DNA of 56,651 nucleotides from a virus (lineage: Duplodnaviria; Caudoviricetes), in IMG/VR virus record IMGVR_UViG_3300021519_000012, positions 1 through 56,651 of that record. One strand, written 5' to 3'. A model generated the notes under the pieces. It worked only from the letters and a program-made list of their open reading frames with translations, was not told the DNA's origin and did not search any database. Below, piece after piece: positions 10,055-21,139 of this stretch. Both the position numbers and the translations under genes were made by a program. Each line of letters starts with the position of its first letter. Within the stretch, counting starts at the first letter, position 1.

Positions 10055-13000
10055 ATGGCGCTGACCAAAGACTTTATAGTCAAAAACGGTCTTGTTGTTT
10101 TAGCAGCAGGATCGGCACAATCAATAAGCACCACTACAGGTGCAATTGTTACCCCTGGCGGCGTCGGTATCGGCGGCAATGTTAATATCGGTAGTACAAT
10201 CAATAGCACAAATGCAACAAACGGCGCACTAACTGTAGCCGGTGGAGCAAGTGTTCAGCAAGATTTATGGGTTGGCGGAGATATATACTCTCGCGGTAAC
10301 CCTGTAATAACATCACAAACCCTCGGCGCATACGGAGTAAGTAGAATCACTGCCGGTGTAGGTATTCAGGTCAGTTCAAATACCGGCTCTGTTACTGTCA
10401 CCAACATCGGTGTTGTTAGCTTAGCCGGCTCCACATACTTAGGTATAAGCGCAGCAAGCGGCAGTAACATTACATTAACCAACTTAGGTGTTCAAACACT
10501 AACTGCTGGAACAGATACCGCAGTATCTTCAACTACTGGCACAATTACAGTTTGGAATACAAGTACCTTACAAAGCATTACTGCTAGAGGTGCTTCTACA
10601 ATTAATGCAATTAACATTAATAATCAAGCCGCATCAAATTCTACTAACTCGGGAGCATTGCAAGTCCTGGGCGGTGTTGGAGTAGGTGGTTCAATATATG
10701 CAGGAAATCTATTTGCAAACGGTGCTCAAGTATGGACCACTGCAACCTTAACAAACTTAGGGCAGTTATCTAACACCACTACACAATATCTAACATCATC
10801 AACACTTGGCCAATATGGGGTTAGCAGTATACAACCTGGCACAGGTATTACAGTCAGCACGTCAAGCGGAATAGTAACTATTACCAACGTTGGTGTTGTA
10901 AGTTTAGTTGGCAGTCAATATTTAGGTATTAGTGCCGCAAGTGGTACAAGTATTACATTAACAAACTTAGGTGTTCAAAGTCTAACAGCAGGCGCCGATA
11001 TTTCAGTATCAGCTAGCACTGGAACAATTACTGTTTCAGGTACAGGTACATTTCAAACTGTTACTAACCGCGGTTCAACAACTACTAACGCAATTCGTGT
11101 TAATAATACAACTAGTGTAAATTCAACAGCAACTGGTGCTCTACAAGTAGTAGGCGGAGTTGGTATTGGTGGCGGACTATTTGTTGGTGGCACTATTACT
11201 GCTACCAGTTTGACTATTGGCGGCTATCCAATATCAACTTCATCTGTAATGACTGCTTCGTATTTTGGCAGTCCTTTAGGAACATTTACAAATTTAAACT
11301 TTGCCACAGGTACTACAGCAACTATTGTTGGCGGATCAGTAACACTTCAATCTGTTGGCGCAAGTGTAACAGTAAGCGACACTCCCCCAACTGGCCCAGC
11401 ACCGGGTAACTTATGGTGGGATAGCACTGTTGGTATTTTACGTGTTTATTATGCTGACGGAACCAGTAACCAGTGGGTTGATGCATTTCCGATTATGGTT
11501 GGTCCAACTGGGCCACAAGGCGCAACCGGAGTATTCACCGGCACAATCTCAACACAATTAGGACTCACAAATAATACAGCAAGCACCTCTACTAATACTG
11601 GTGCATTAACTGTTGGCGGTGGCGTTGGTATTGGCGGCGATTTATATGTTGGCGGCACTATTGTCGCTAATCAACTAACAATCCAATACACAACCGTTAC
11701 TACAAATTTAGTAACTACTGATGATATTATTATTACAACTAATAATACTTCAGCAACATCAACAACTACTGGTGCTTTAAGAATTGCTGGCGGTGCTGGA
11801 ATTGGCGGCGCACTATATGTTGGGGCAACTTCGTATGTTGCCGGCTCACAGATTATTACAACTGCAACAATTGGTAGTTTTGCAGTTACGTCAAGCGGGT
11901 ATGCAACAACATCAAGTTTAGCTGCTTATGCAACAACATCCTCTCTGGCTGCCTACGCAACTACATCAAGTATTGCATCAACTGCAACAAGTGCGGCAAT
12001 TGCCTATTCGATTGTAAACACGTCAACTTTACAAGTAGGATTTGCTGTTAATGCATTTACAGCAACAAGTGCGGCAGTTGCTTACTCACTAGTAGGTTCA
12101 GGATCACTTACTGTTGGTTCAGCAACAACCGCTACAAACATTGCAGGTGGAACTGCTGGCATGATTCACATGCAGAGCACCACTGGAACAACGTCATTTA
12201 TTAATGCTGGTACTACTGGGCAGTTATTACAGAGTCAAGGATCAACAGCATCATTTGTATCTACTACAACATTACAGGTTGGTAATGCGTTATTGGCAGT
12301 TAGTGCAGGCTATGCAACTACATCAAGTTTAGCTTCATATGCAACAACTGCAAGTTTAGCTTCATACGCAACTACATCAAGCATTGCGTCAACTGCAACC
12401 AGTGCAGCAGTGGCTTATTCAATAGTAAACACATCAACATTACAAGTTGGATTTGCTGTTAATCAAGCAGGCGGTTCAGTAAATGCCACCACTGGTCAGT
12501 TTAGCGGTATTACCACAGTTACCAACGTTACCGCAAGTACAACAACAGCCACTGGCGCACTACAAGTAGCGGGCGGGGTTGGTATTGGTAAAAATATCAA
12601 CGTCGGGCCAGGCGCAACCAATAGAAGTATTGCCAACGCCAATGCATACGGTAATATGTTTGTTGCCGCAGGCGACTCACAATACGTAAATTATATTTTA
12701 GGCATTAAGACAACTACCAATGCCGCTACAGGACTGACAACAGATCATAATACCGCTGGTGCAGCCAATCAAATTATTCTTCCTAACAGTTCAGCATACG
12801 GATTTAAAGCCTATGTAACTGCTAGAGATTCAGTTAATCAGTGGATGGGTGTTTGGGAAATTAGCGGAGGTATACGCAGGGGCGCAACCGCAGCATCAAC
12901 TACACTAGTCGGCACACCAGTAGTGACTAGAATAGCATACGATACAACAGCAACAACTTGGGCAGCAACCGTTGCTGCAGATACTACTAATGGAGGTTTA

Positions 13001-13075
13001 CAGGTTCGTGTTACAGGAACAGGTACAACAAATATTACTTGGGTAGCAAACGTTTTAACTATTGAGGTAGCATAA
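10055..13075 (+). CDS. Long tail-fibre-like protein
   Basis: 1006 aa; N-terminus MALTKDFIVKNG parallels MATSKDFIVKNG of 6472; GALxVxGGVGIGG modules, short collagen-like GPTGPQGATG, YATTSSLAA repeats. Confidence 0.75.
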   Translation: MALTKDFIVKNGLVVLAAGSAQSISTTTGAIVTPGGVGIGGNVNIGSTINSTNATNGALTVAGGASVQQDLWVGGDIYSRGNPVITSQTLGAYGVSRITAGVGIQVSSNTGSVTVTNIGVVSLAGSTYLGISAASGSNITLTNLGVQTLTAGTDTAVSSTTGTITVWNTSTLQSITARGASTINAININNQAASNSTNSGALQVLGGVGVGGSIYAGNLFANGAQVWTTATLTNLGQLSNTTTQYLTSSTLGQYGVSSIQPGTGITVSTSSGIVTITNVGVVSLVGSQYLGISAASGTSITLTNLGVQSLTAGADISVSASTGTITVSGTGTFQTVTNRGSTTTNAIRVNNTTSVNSTATGALQVVGGVGIGGGLFVGGTITATSLTIGGYPISTSSVMTASYFGSPLGTFTNLNFATGTTATIVGGSVTLQSVGASVTVSDTPPTGPAPGNLWWDSTVGILRVYYADGTSNQWVDAFPIMVGPTGPQGATGVFTGTISTQLGLTNNTASTSTNTGALTVGGGVGIGGDLYVGGTIVANQLTIQYTTVTTNLVTTDDIIITTNNTSATSTTTGALRIAGGAGIGGALYVGATSYVAGSQIITTATIGSFAVTSSGYATTSSLAAYATTSSLAAYATTSSIASTATSAAIAYSIVNTSTLQVGFAVNAFTATSAAVAYSLVGSGSLTVGSATTATNIAGGTAGMIHMQSTTGTTSFINAGTTGQLLQSQGSTASFVSTTTLQVGNALLAVSAGYATTSSLASYATTASLASYATTSSIASTATSAAVAYSIVNTSTLQVGFAVNQAGGSVNATTGQFSGITTVTNVTASTTTATGALQVAGGVGIGKNINVGPGATNRSIANANAYGNMFVAAGDSQYVNYILGIKTTTNAATGLTTDHNTAGAANQIILPNSSAYGFKAYVTARDSVNQWMGVWEISGGIRRGATAASTTLVGTPVVTRIAYDTTATTWAATVAADTTNGGLQVRVTGTGTTNITWVANVLTIEVA

Positions 13076-16000
13076 TGGCAATTTTAATTGATCACATACA
13101 AAATATAATTCAAAGCGACGGTGTTCCTAATTTAATATTAGGATTGTCAGGTACCGTTGTGACAATTAACGGTGATCCAGTAAGCACTTCGACATTTAAT
13201 ACCGGTACATTAGTTTTACAAGCAGTATCGGCGGGCTATGCTACAACCGCATCGCTGGCTTCATACGCAACTACATCGAGCATTGCATCAACAGCTACCT
13301 CGGCTGCTCTTGCTTACTCACTAGTTGGTGGCATTGGAGTTGCAAGTTTAGCAGGTAGTTCAGGCACGAGTGTGTCAGGAAGCACCGGCGCTGTTACTGT
13401 TTGGTTTAATACAGCAACATTAGTTGCAAGCGCAGTTAGTGCGCAGTCAGCTACTACTGCAACATCAGCAGCCGTTGCCTACTCACTTGCAAACACTTCG
13501 ACTACACAAGTTGGATTTGCTGTTAATGCGTTTACGGCAACCAATGCGGCGTTTGCTTATTCATTTAATACAGCAACATTAGTTGCTAGTGCGGTAACCG
13601 CACAAACATTAGCAAGTTCAAGTTCGTTTAGTGTTGGTTATTCAAACACTGCTACAAACATTGCAGGCGGAACTGCTGGCATGATCCACATGCAGAGCAC
13701 TACTGGTACAACTTCATTTATTAATGCTGGAACTAGTGGACAGTTATTACAAAGTGCTGGGTCAACCGCATCATTTGTTTCAACAACAACTTTACAAGTT
13801 GGTAATGCGTTATTTGCTATTACTGCTACTAATGCGTTCTTTGCAAGTACATCAACTAATGCATTTTTTGCAAGTACCTCTACCAATGCTGCGGTTGCCT
13901 ATGCATTAGCAAGCACAAGTACAACACAAGTAGGATTTGCAGTTAATGCATTTACGGCTACGTCAGCCGCAGTAGCATACTCATTAGCAAGTACAGGTAC
14001 AACACAAGTTGGCTCGGCAGTTAACGCTGTATATTCATCAACTGCCACAAACATAGCAGGTGGACTTACTGGTTGGATTCATATTCAATCAACTACCGGT
14101 ACAACCTCATTTATTAATATTGGCTCTGCTGGTAATTTATTACAAAGCAATGGTAGCACAGCAACCTTTGTGTCAACCACAACATTACAAGTTGGCAATG
14201 CATTATTAGCAATCAGTGCGGGATATGCTACCACATCGAGTTTAGCTGCTTATGCAACTACATCAAGTATTGCCACAAGTGCAGCATACGCAACTACAAG
14301 CTCATTGGCTAGTTATGCAACTACATCAAGTATTGCAACCAGTGCAGCTTATGCTACCACATCGAGTTTAGCTGCTTATGCAACTACATCAAGTATCGCT
14401 TCAACAGCAACAAGTGCGGCAGTGGCATACTCACTCGCTAGCACAAGTACAACACAAGTTGGATTTGCTGTTAATGCCTTTACAGCAACATCGGCTGCTA
14501 TTGCATATGCAGTAGCAAGTACTTCAACATTACAAGTTGGTAGTGCCTTATTTGCAGTTACAGCAACAAGTGCGGCAGTGGCATACTCACTCGCTAGCAC
14601 AAGTACAACACAAGTTGGATTTGCCGTTAATGCGTTTACTGCTACGTCAGCAGCCACAGCATATAGTTGGACAGGCGGTACTGTACCTAATGCTGTAACA
14701 TTTAGTGGCGCAGTTACATTTAACGGAACCGCAACTTATGTATTATCTACTAATACTGTTTATACCGACAATATCCTTGAAATACATACAACAGCATCAG
14801 GTGTTACAGGGCTTTGGACATATGATGACGGTAAAGATATTGGATTCCGATTCCACTATTATGGAGCAGGAGCCGATCAAAACGCTGCGTTAATTCTTGC
14901 TAATGATACAAAATATTTAGAGTGGTATGGTACTGGGGCAGAAAGTAATACAGGCACATTTACCGGTGCAACATACGGCACAATCAAAACTGGAAACATT
15001 TTCTTAACCGGTGTCGCTACTGCTACAACTTTCTTTGGTAACTTAACTGGCACGGCATCAACTGCTACAGCAGCCGCAACAGCCTATGCACTAGCAAGTA
15101 CAAGTACTACACAAGTTGGATTTGCAGTAAACGCATTTACTGCAACATCAGCAGCCGTTGCTTACTCCGTAGCAAGTACTGCAACACTTCAGGTAGGTTC
15201 AGCAGTTAATTCTGTATATGCCGTAACTGCTACAAACATAGCCGGTGGACAAACTGGTTGGATTCATATCCAATCAACTACTGGTACAACTTCATTCATT
15301 AACATTGGCTCTGCAGGTAACTTACTACAAAGCAATGGCAGTACTGCAACATTTGTATCAACTACAACATTACAAGTTGGCAATGCATTATCAGCAGTTA
15401 GTGCGGCTTACGCAACAACAAGTTCATTAGCGGCATATGCTACTACATCAAGTATTGCTTCAACCGCAACAAGTGCGGCAGTGGCCTACTCATTAGTTAA
15501 CACATCAACAGCTCAAGTTGGATTTGCAGTCAATGCCTTTACAGCAACAAGTGCTGCTACTGCTTACTCATTAGCAAACACAAGTACAACACAAGTTGGG
15601 TTTGCTGTTAGTGCGTTTACAGCGACCTCTGCGGCCATTGCTTATTCAGTAGCAAGCACTGCCTCTTTACAAGTAGGATCAGCAGTTAATTCCGTATATG
15701 CATCAACTGCTACTAATATTGCAGGTGGACTTACTGGTTGGATTCATATCCAGTCAACCACAGGCACTACTTCATTTATTAATATTGGTAGTAATGGTAA
15801 CATACTACAAAGTAATGGCAGTACCGCAACATTTGTATCTACCTCAACATTACAAGTTGGGTTTGCAACAAGTGCATTTACATCAACCAATGCCGCAACT
15901 GCTTACACTTTAGCTAACACATCGACTTTCCAGGTTGGCTTTGCAGGCAGTGCTTATAGTGCCACAACAGCAACCAATGCCGCGGTAGCATACTCAATAG

Positions 16001-17883
16001 TAAACACATCAACACTGCAAGTTGGATTTGCTGTTAATGCGTTTACTGCAACAAGTGCGGCTATTGCATATTCAGTAGCAAGTACGTCATCTTTACAGGT
16101 AGGGTCAGCAGTTAACGCTGTATATTCATCAACTGCCACAAACATAGCAGGTGGACTTACTGGTTGGATGCCGATTCAATCAACTACCGGTACAACCTCA
16201 TTTATTAATATTGGCTCTGCTGGTAATTTATTACAAAGCAATGGAAGTACTGCAACGTTTGTTTCTACTTCAACTCTACAAGTTGGATTTGCAACAAGTG
16301 CATTTACAGCAACTAGTGCCGCAGTAGCTTACTCGTTAGCTAACACATCAACATTCCAGGTAGGCGTTGCTGTTACAGCAACCTATGCTAATATTTCTAC
16401 TAACCTTGCTGGCGCAAGTGCTGGATACATTCCAATACAGTCAGGAACAAGCGCAACATCATTTATTAATCCAGGCACTGCTGGTGATATTTTAAGAATG
16501 CAAATAGGCAATACTGCTACATTTGTATCCACTTCGACCTTACAAGTCGGCAATGCATTATTTGCTGTTACAGCAACTAGTGCTGCCGTTGCTTATTCAT
16601 TAGTTAATACTTCAACATCACAAGTTGGATTTGCAGTTAGTGCCTTTACAGCAACATCTGCGGCATTGGCCTATGCGGTAGCAAGTACATCAACATTACA
16701 AGTCGGCAGTGCTTTGTTTGCAGTCACAGCAACATCAGCCGCAGTAGCATATTCACTAGCTAGTACAAGCACAACACAAGTTGGATTTGCGGTTAATCAA
16801 TCAGGTGGTTCAGTAAATGCTACCACTGGGGTATTCAGTGGCATCTTTACAATAACAAATACAACTGCGGCAAGTTCAACCTCAACTGGCGCATTACAAG
16901 TGGCGGGTGGTGTAGGTATCGGCGGCGATGTATATGTCGGCGGTACTGTAACTGCTACAAATATGTTTATTGGTCCTTGGGCAGTCAGTACAGGGTCGAG
17001 TGGAACATCATTCACTGGGGGTATTGTTCCTAACGTAACCACAGTTACAAATTACTTTACTGTATATTCGTCAACTTCTGTAACTACCAGAGGTGTTCAA
17101 GAAATATCAGGTAATGCTGATGGTTCATTCTTAGCACCAAACAACTCTGGTGTAATGTTACATATCACTGGACAAAGTGGACAGCCTGGTCGACTATATA
17201 TTGACGGTCAAGGAACCAGCAATTATTCCGCAGTTATTGGTCGCAAGTCTAGAGGCACAACAGCATCACCTACACAGGTACTTGCAAACGATATAGTATT
17301 CCGTTTAGGCAGCACTCCATATACAGATGCAGCGTTCCCTGCAATTAGCACAACACGACTTGACTTTTTAGCAGACGAACTACAAACAGTTACCACTCAA
17401 GGTAGCCGTATTGAAGCGTGGGTTACACAGTTAGGTACAACAAGTTCAGCAATCTCTAAACAAATGACTATTGCCACAAATGGCACTGTTATTTGGAACA
17501 CATTTACATCAGTATCAACTACAACAGGTGCACTACAAGTAGCTGGTGGTGTTGGTATTGGTGGAAACATTTATGCAGGCGGAAGCATTTATAGTAATGG
17601 TGCACAATTATTACCGACAAGTATTCAGGAATTTACAGCAACCGCAAGTCAAACAATATTCACAATTTCTGGTGGTTATACCGTGGGATCGGTGCAGGTA
17701 TATGCCAACGGTGTTGCCCTAGGAAATTCGGATATTGTAGCATCAAACGGAACTACAGTAACACTAACCACAGCACGACAAGTTGGCGATATTATAAGGA
17801 TTACCGCTGGATTAGCCAGCCCTGCAACAAATATCAACAGTCTTAAGGCGTTTAGCGTCGCGATGAGTGTGGCGTTAGGATAA
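13075..17883 (+). CDS. Very long repetitive fibre protein
   Basis: 1602 aa, TAATG-coupled to the upstream gene; tandem ATSAAVAYSL-x-x-TST-x-QVG and ATNIAGG...QSTTGTTSFI modules; ends KAFSVAMSVALG. Confidence 0.75.
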   Translation: MAILIDHIQNIIQSDGVPNLILGLSGTVVTINGDPVSTSTFNTGTLVLQAVSAGYATTASLASYATTSSIASTATSAALAYSLVGGIGVASLAGSSGTSVSGSTGAVTVWFNTATLVASAVSAQSATTATSAAVAYSLANTSTTQVGFAVNAFTATNAAFAYSFNTATLVASAVTAQTLASSSSFSVGYSNTATNIAGGTAGMIHMQSTTGTTSFINAGTSGQLLQSAGSTASFVSTTTLQVGNALFAITATNAFFASTSTNAFFASTSTNAAVAYALASTSTTQVGFAVNAFTATSAAVAYSLASTGTTQVGSAVNAVYSSTATNIAGGLTGWIHIQSTTGTTSFINIGSAGNLLQSNGSTATFVSTTTLQVGNALLAISAGYATTSSLAAYATTSSIATSAAYATTSSLASYATTSSIATSAAYATTSSLAAYATTSSIASTATSAAVAYSLASTSTTQVGFAVNAFTATSAAIAYAVASTSTLQVGSALFAVTATSAAVAYSLASTSTTQVGFAVNAFTATSAATAYSWTGGTVPNAVTFSGAVTFNGTATYVLSTNTVYTDNILEIHTTASGVTGLWTYDDGKDIGFRFHYYGAGADQNAALILANDTKYLEWYGTGAESNTGTFTGATYGTIKTGNIFLTGVATATTFFGNLTGTASTATAAATAYALASTSTTQVGFAVNAFTATSAAVAYSVASTATLQVGSAVNSVYAVTATNIAGGQTGWIHIQSTTGTTSFINIGSAGNLLQSNGSTATFVSTTTLQVGNALSAVSAAYATTSSLAAYATTSSIASTATSAAVAYSLVNTSTAQVGFAVNAFTATSAATAYSLANTSTTQVGFAVSAFTATSAAIAYSVASTASLQVGSAVNSVYASTATNIAGGLTGWIHIQSTTGTTSFINIGSNGNILQSNGSTATFVSTSTLQVGFATSAFTSTNAATAYTLANTSTFQVGFAGSAYSATTATNAAVAYSIVNTSTLQVGFAVNAFTATSAAIAYSVASTSSLQVGSAVNAVYSSTATNIAGGLTGWMPIQSTTGTTSFINIGSAGNLLQSNGSTATFVSTSTLQVGFATSAFTATSAAVAYSLANTSTFQVGVAVTATYANISTNLAGASAGYIPIQSGTSATSFINPGTAGDILRMQIGNTATFVSTSTLQVGNALFAVTATSAAVAYSLVNTSTSQVGFAVSAFTATSAALAYAVASTSTLQVGSALFAVTATSAAVAYSLASTSTTQVGFAVNQSGGSVNATTGVFSGIFTITNTTAASSTSTGALQVAGGVGIGGDVYVGGTVTATNMFIGPWAVSTGSSGTSFTGGIVPNVTTVTNYFTVYSSTSVTTRGVQEISGNADGSFLAPNNSGVMLHITGQSGQPGRLYIDGQGTSNYSAVIGRKSRGTTASPTQVLANDIVFRLGSTPYTDAAFPAISTTRLDFLADELQTVTTQGSRIEAWVTQLGTTSSAISKQMTIATNGTVIWNTFTSVSTTTGALQVAGGVGIGGNIYAGGSIYSNGAQLLPTSIQEFTATASQTIFTISGGYTVGSVQVYANGVALGNSDIVASNGTTVTLTTARQVGDIIRITAGLASPATNINSLKAFSVAMSVALG
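14017..14153 (+). repeat. 137-bp near-exact direct repeat, copy 1 (copy 2 at 16108-16244)
   Basis: By manual comparison the copies differ only at ATTCAT vs ATGCCG (3 mismatches). Confidence 0.85.
14404..14624 (+). repeat. 65-bp exact direct repeat pair (14404-14468 and 14560-14624)
   Basis: ACAGCAACAAGTGCGGCAGTGGCATACTCACTCGCTAGCACAAGTACAACACAAGTTGGATTTGC occurs twice, 156 bp apart and in frame. Confidence 0.85.
16108..16244 (+). repeat. 137-bp near-exact direct repeat, copy 2
   Basis: Matches 14017-14153 with 3 mismatches. Confidence 0.85.
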
Positions 17884-17917
17884 AAACAGATAAGTACAAG
17901 CAAGATAAGGAATAATA

Positions 17918-20900
17918 ATGGCCAAGCAGCAGATTAGACAATACGCATTTACTACAGGCACTGTAGGAACTACCAATATTGAGGTATTAGGCAAGGTTGA
18001 CCTTGAACAGTTAACTCTGATCACCAATGCCACACGAAATGTAATATTATACAACTTTGCTGATGCAACCTACGCAGGAACTACTGTTACGTTTAATCGT
18101 GGCGATTCTACAAATTTTCCAAAAGCTACACAAAACGGTGACGGTACAACCACTATTAATCTTACAGTTAATACCACAGGTTATAGTTCAGCAGATCGCC
18201 TACAGATCTTTTATGAACGTGCAGAACAGATCGTGCGCCCTTGGCCAATGGGCACAGATGCATTTGAACGTACTCGTGCCGCCAATCCACAAAGCATGCT
18301 TGACGCTGACTTTGAATACGGACTACAGCCAACTAAATGGCAAACACTAGATATTGTTCGTGCCGCTCCTTCAATTTATGAAATCCCCGGTAGTGACATA
18401 GGTATTTCGTCATTGATTACTGATGCTAGTAACGGACAAGCCGCCAATATTGAAAGTTTAATCACAGTGGTAAGCACTACTCCACATAATTTGTCAACAA
18501 ACTCTGCTATCACAGTCAACGGTCTAGATATTAGCATACAAGGATATAGTCGTGCAATGGGTCCGAGCATTGTTAACTCTGTTCCTAATCAAACAACATT
18601 TACCTATTATGCCAAAGCAGCAGTTGGGTCAACATCAAGCCAGTCGTTATTGACACCATATACTACAATTAGAAAAGGCGGATTTTATTCTAACTCCGCG
18701 ATGACTCCTACATACGCAGTCGCAGGCAGCGGCAATACCACAACAGGCACAGTGACCTTAACTTTTTCAACTGCACACGGCCTATTTCCTGGACAAACAA
18801 TTCTTTCATTGGTCAATTCGGACAATGGATCCAATAATCACACCTTGGTGCAAGGTCCTTTTACTATTTTTTCAGTTCCAACTCCAACAACTGCGATGTT
18901 TAATGCTCGTAACGTTGGCACAATCACTGGTACTCCAATAGGTAACATATATGTTCGTGGTGACGCATTCTTTGTGCATAGACCACTTGACGGCGGAGTA
19001 AGTTTAGGTACAGGTGGTCCAAGTTACGGAACTCATGCACAGCGTATGAGTAAAAAATACATTCGTTATCAATCAGGTAAAGCTGTTAACTACAATACTG
19101 CGGCTCTTTTTGCTCCTAACTATGATGTTAGATCGGTAACTGCTTCAAATACCATTGTAGGCAGCACAATTTATATTACCATGGATGAATTTGATCATGG
19201 TCTACAAGCAGGTGCAGGCATACAGTTAAATGGTATGACATCTGCTACTGGATTTGCTGGAACATATACGGTTGCGCAAATTGTCGACGAACGCACCATT
19301 GCTATAACCGCAACCAGCGTATTAAGTTCTGTTACTCCACCTATTTCAAATCCCTCATATATTAACCATACAACCTGGCACGGTGCATACATCCGTGCTG
19401 GTACATTTGACGATCAAAACGGGATTTTCTTCCAATACGACGGACAGTATATGGCAGTTGGATTACGATATTCAACATTACAGCTTGCTGGCACCATGGC
19501 GCTTACTCCAAGCAGTAATATTGTCTCTGGCACCAATTCTAGATACGATCAACAACTAGCTGCAGGTGATCGAATCGTAGTTAAAGGAATGAGTCATGTG
19601 GTTACTTCGGTCAATAGCGGAACACAGATTACAGTGACCCCACCGTATAGAGGCGCAAGCTCTATAACTGGGGCTAAATCAGCAAAAACATTTGAAAATA
19701 TTATTCCGCAATATCAGTGGAACGTTGATCGTTGCGACGGAACAGGTAGTGTGTTTAATCCATCAGGATACAATTTACTGCCATGGAAGATGCAGATGGT
19801 CGGATTGCAGTGGACATGGTATGGCGCTGGATTTATTGAGTGGATGGTGCGTGGCCCCGACGGGACATACATGACTGTCCATAGATTAAAAAATTCTAAT
19901 ACTCGAACAGAAGCATATATGCGTTCAGGTAACCAACCTGTTCGTTATGAAGTGCAAAATGAAGGTGCAAGATCTACACTAGTTAATGACTTGAGTTCTG
20001 CTAACGTGGCCGGCATGACTGTTACAGACGTTACTTACTTTCCGCCAAATGGTGTGGTAATGATTGATAACGAATTAATTAGATATTCAAGCAAAAGTAC
20101 CAGCACCGGTAGTGGTCAATTGTTAGGACTAACCCGTACAGCACCATTAAATTATTATACACTCGGAGCATTACAAACATTTACTGCTACCAACGTAGCA
20201 GTAGCACACTCGTCAACCGTTGGCGTAATAGTTGCCAGCTTAACAGCAAGTCCCACAGTAAGTCACTGGGGTTCAGCGTTTATCCAAGACGGTGGATTTG
20301 ATCAAGACCGTGGTTACATTTTTAGTTACCAAGCTCCAAACATCACTGTATCAACTGTTAAGAAAACAGCGTTTGCGATCCGATTAGCACCGTCAGTGTC
20401 AAACGCTATTACAGGTGACCTAGGTGTTAGAGATTTGATTAATCGCTCACAGTTATTATTGCAGACTATTGAAAATACAGTTGGTGGCGCAGCACAGTCA
20501 ACTGGTAGTCAGGCAGTGGTTATTGAGGGAGTGATCAATCCTGGTAACTATCCAAGCACAGTCACCAACATCACATGGTTCCCACTACAGGGTTCTATCG
20601 CAGGTGGTAGTTTACTAGGTACTGGACAACCAAGTTTTACACAGGTTTCCCCAAGTATATATATTAACTTTGATAATACCGCTACCTACGCTACTACCAT
20701 AAACTCTAACGCTGCCGCAGGTGCAACCACATTAGCAGTAGCTAGCACAGCAACAATGGCCATCGGCGATGCGTTAGTTACTACAACAGCAAGCCTAGCT
20801 AACACGGGTATTGCCGGTAATACTTTTATTACATCGATCGGTAACGCTACTGTCGTTATCAGCCAGCCAATATTGAGTGCCATTCCTAATAGTACTCCTA

Positions 20901-21139
20901 TAACATTGTATAGAAATCAATGGGCTCAACCAGGCGAAACAATTTTCTCGTTTATTTCAAGTCCGGCAAACAAAGATTCATTAGATTTAACAAGTTTAAA
21001 AGAGCTTGCTAATACACCGCTAGGCGGAAGAGGTACTTTTCCTAATGGTCCAGATACTCTGTTTATCAACGTTTATCTAACATCAGGACTACCATTGCAG
21101 ACCAACTTGGTTTTACGTTGGGGTGAGGCACAGGCATAA
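17918..21139 (+). CDS. Large virion structural protein with repeated small beta-barrel (H-[GN]-L-x-x-G-x-x-I) domains
   Basis: 1073 aa; TAAGTA at 17891 and AAGGA SD; repeats TTPHNLSTNSAITV, TAHGLFPGQTI, DHGLQAGAGIQL; DADFEYGLQPTKW and YIRYQSGK blocks. Confidence 0.7.
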   Translation: MAKQQIRQYAFTTGTVGTTNIEVLGKVDLEQLTLITNATRNVILYNFADATYAGTTVTFNRGDSTNFPKATQNGDGTTTINLTVNTTGYSSADRLQIFYERAEQIVRPWPMGTDAFERTRAANPQSMLDADFEYGLQPTKWQTLDIVRAAPSIYEIPGSDIGISSLITDASNGQAANIESLITVVSTTPHNLSTNSAITVNGLDISIQGYSRAMGPSIVNSVPNQTTFTYYAKAAVGSTSSQSLLTPYTTIRKGGFYSNSAMTPTYAVAGSGNTTTGTVTLTFSTAHGLFPGQTILSLVNSDNGSNNHTLVQGPFTIFSVPTPTTAMFNARNVGTITGTPIGNIYVRGDAFFVHRPLDGGVSLGTGGPSYGTHAQRMSKKYIRYQSGKAVNYNTAALFAPNYDVRSVTASNTIVGSTIYITMDEFDHGLQAGAGIQLNGMTSATGFAGTYTVAQIVDERTIAITATSVLSSVTPPISNPSYINHTTWHGAYIRAGTFDDQNGIFFQYDGQYMAVGLRYSTLQLAGTMALTPSSNIVSGTNSRYDQQLAAGDRIVVKGMSHVVTSVNSGTQITVTPPYRGASSITGAKSAKTFENIIPQYQWNVDRCDGTGSVFNPSGYNLLPWKMQMVGLQWTWYGAGFIEWMVRGPDGTYMTVHRLKNSNTRTEAYMRSGNQPVRYEVQNEGARSTLVNDLSSANVAGMTVTDVTYFPPNGVVMIDNELIRYSSKSTSTGSGQLLGLTRTAPLNYYTLGALQTFTATNVAVAHSSTVGVIVASLTASPTVSHWGSAFIQDGGFDQDRGYIFSYQAPNITVSTVKKTAFAIRLAPSVSNAITGDLGVRDLINRSQLLLQTIENTVGGAAQSTGSQAVVIEGVINPGNYPSTVTNITWFPLQGSIAGGSLLGTGQPSFTQVSPSIYINFDNTATYATTINSNAAAGATTLAVASTATMAIGDALVTTTASLANTGIAGNTFITSIGNATVVISQPILSAIPNSTPITLYRNQWAQPGETIFSFISSPANKDSLDLTSLKELANTPLGGRGTFPNGPDTLFINVYLTSGLPLQTNLVLRWGEAQA

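Noticed and set aside
14017-16244. 137-bp repeat pair considered as a DGR template/variable repeat
   Set aside because: Mismatches are only three and not adenine-specific, both copies are mid-gene, and no reverse transcriptase is in the window.
11890-16800. Tandem repeats considered as a CRISPR array
   Set aside because: The repeats are in frame, degenerate at third codon positions and lack unique spacers; no cas genes are present.
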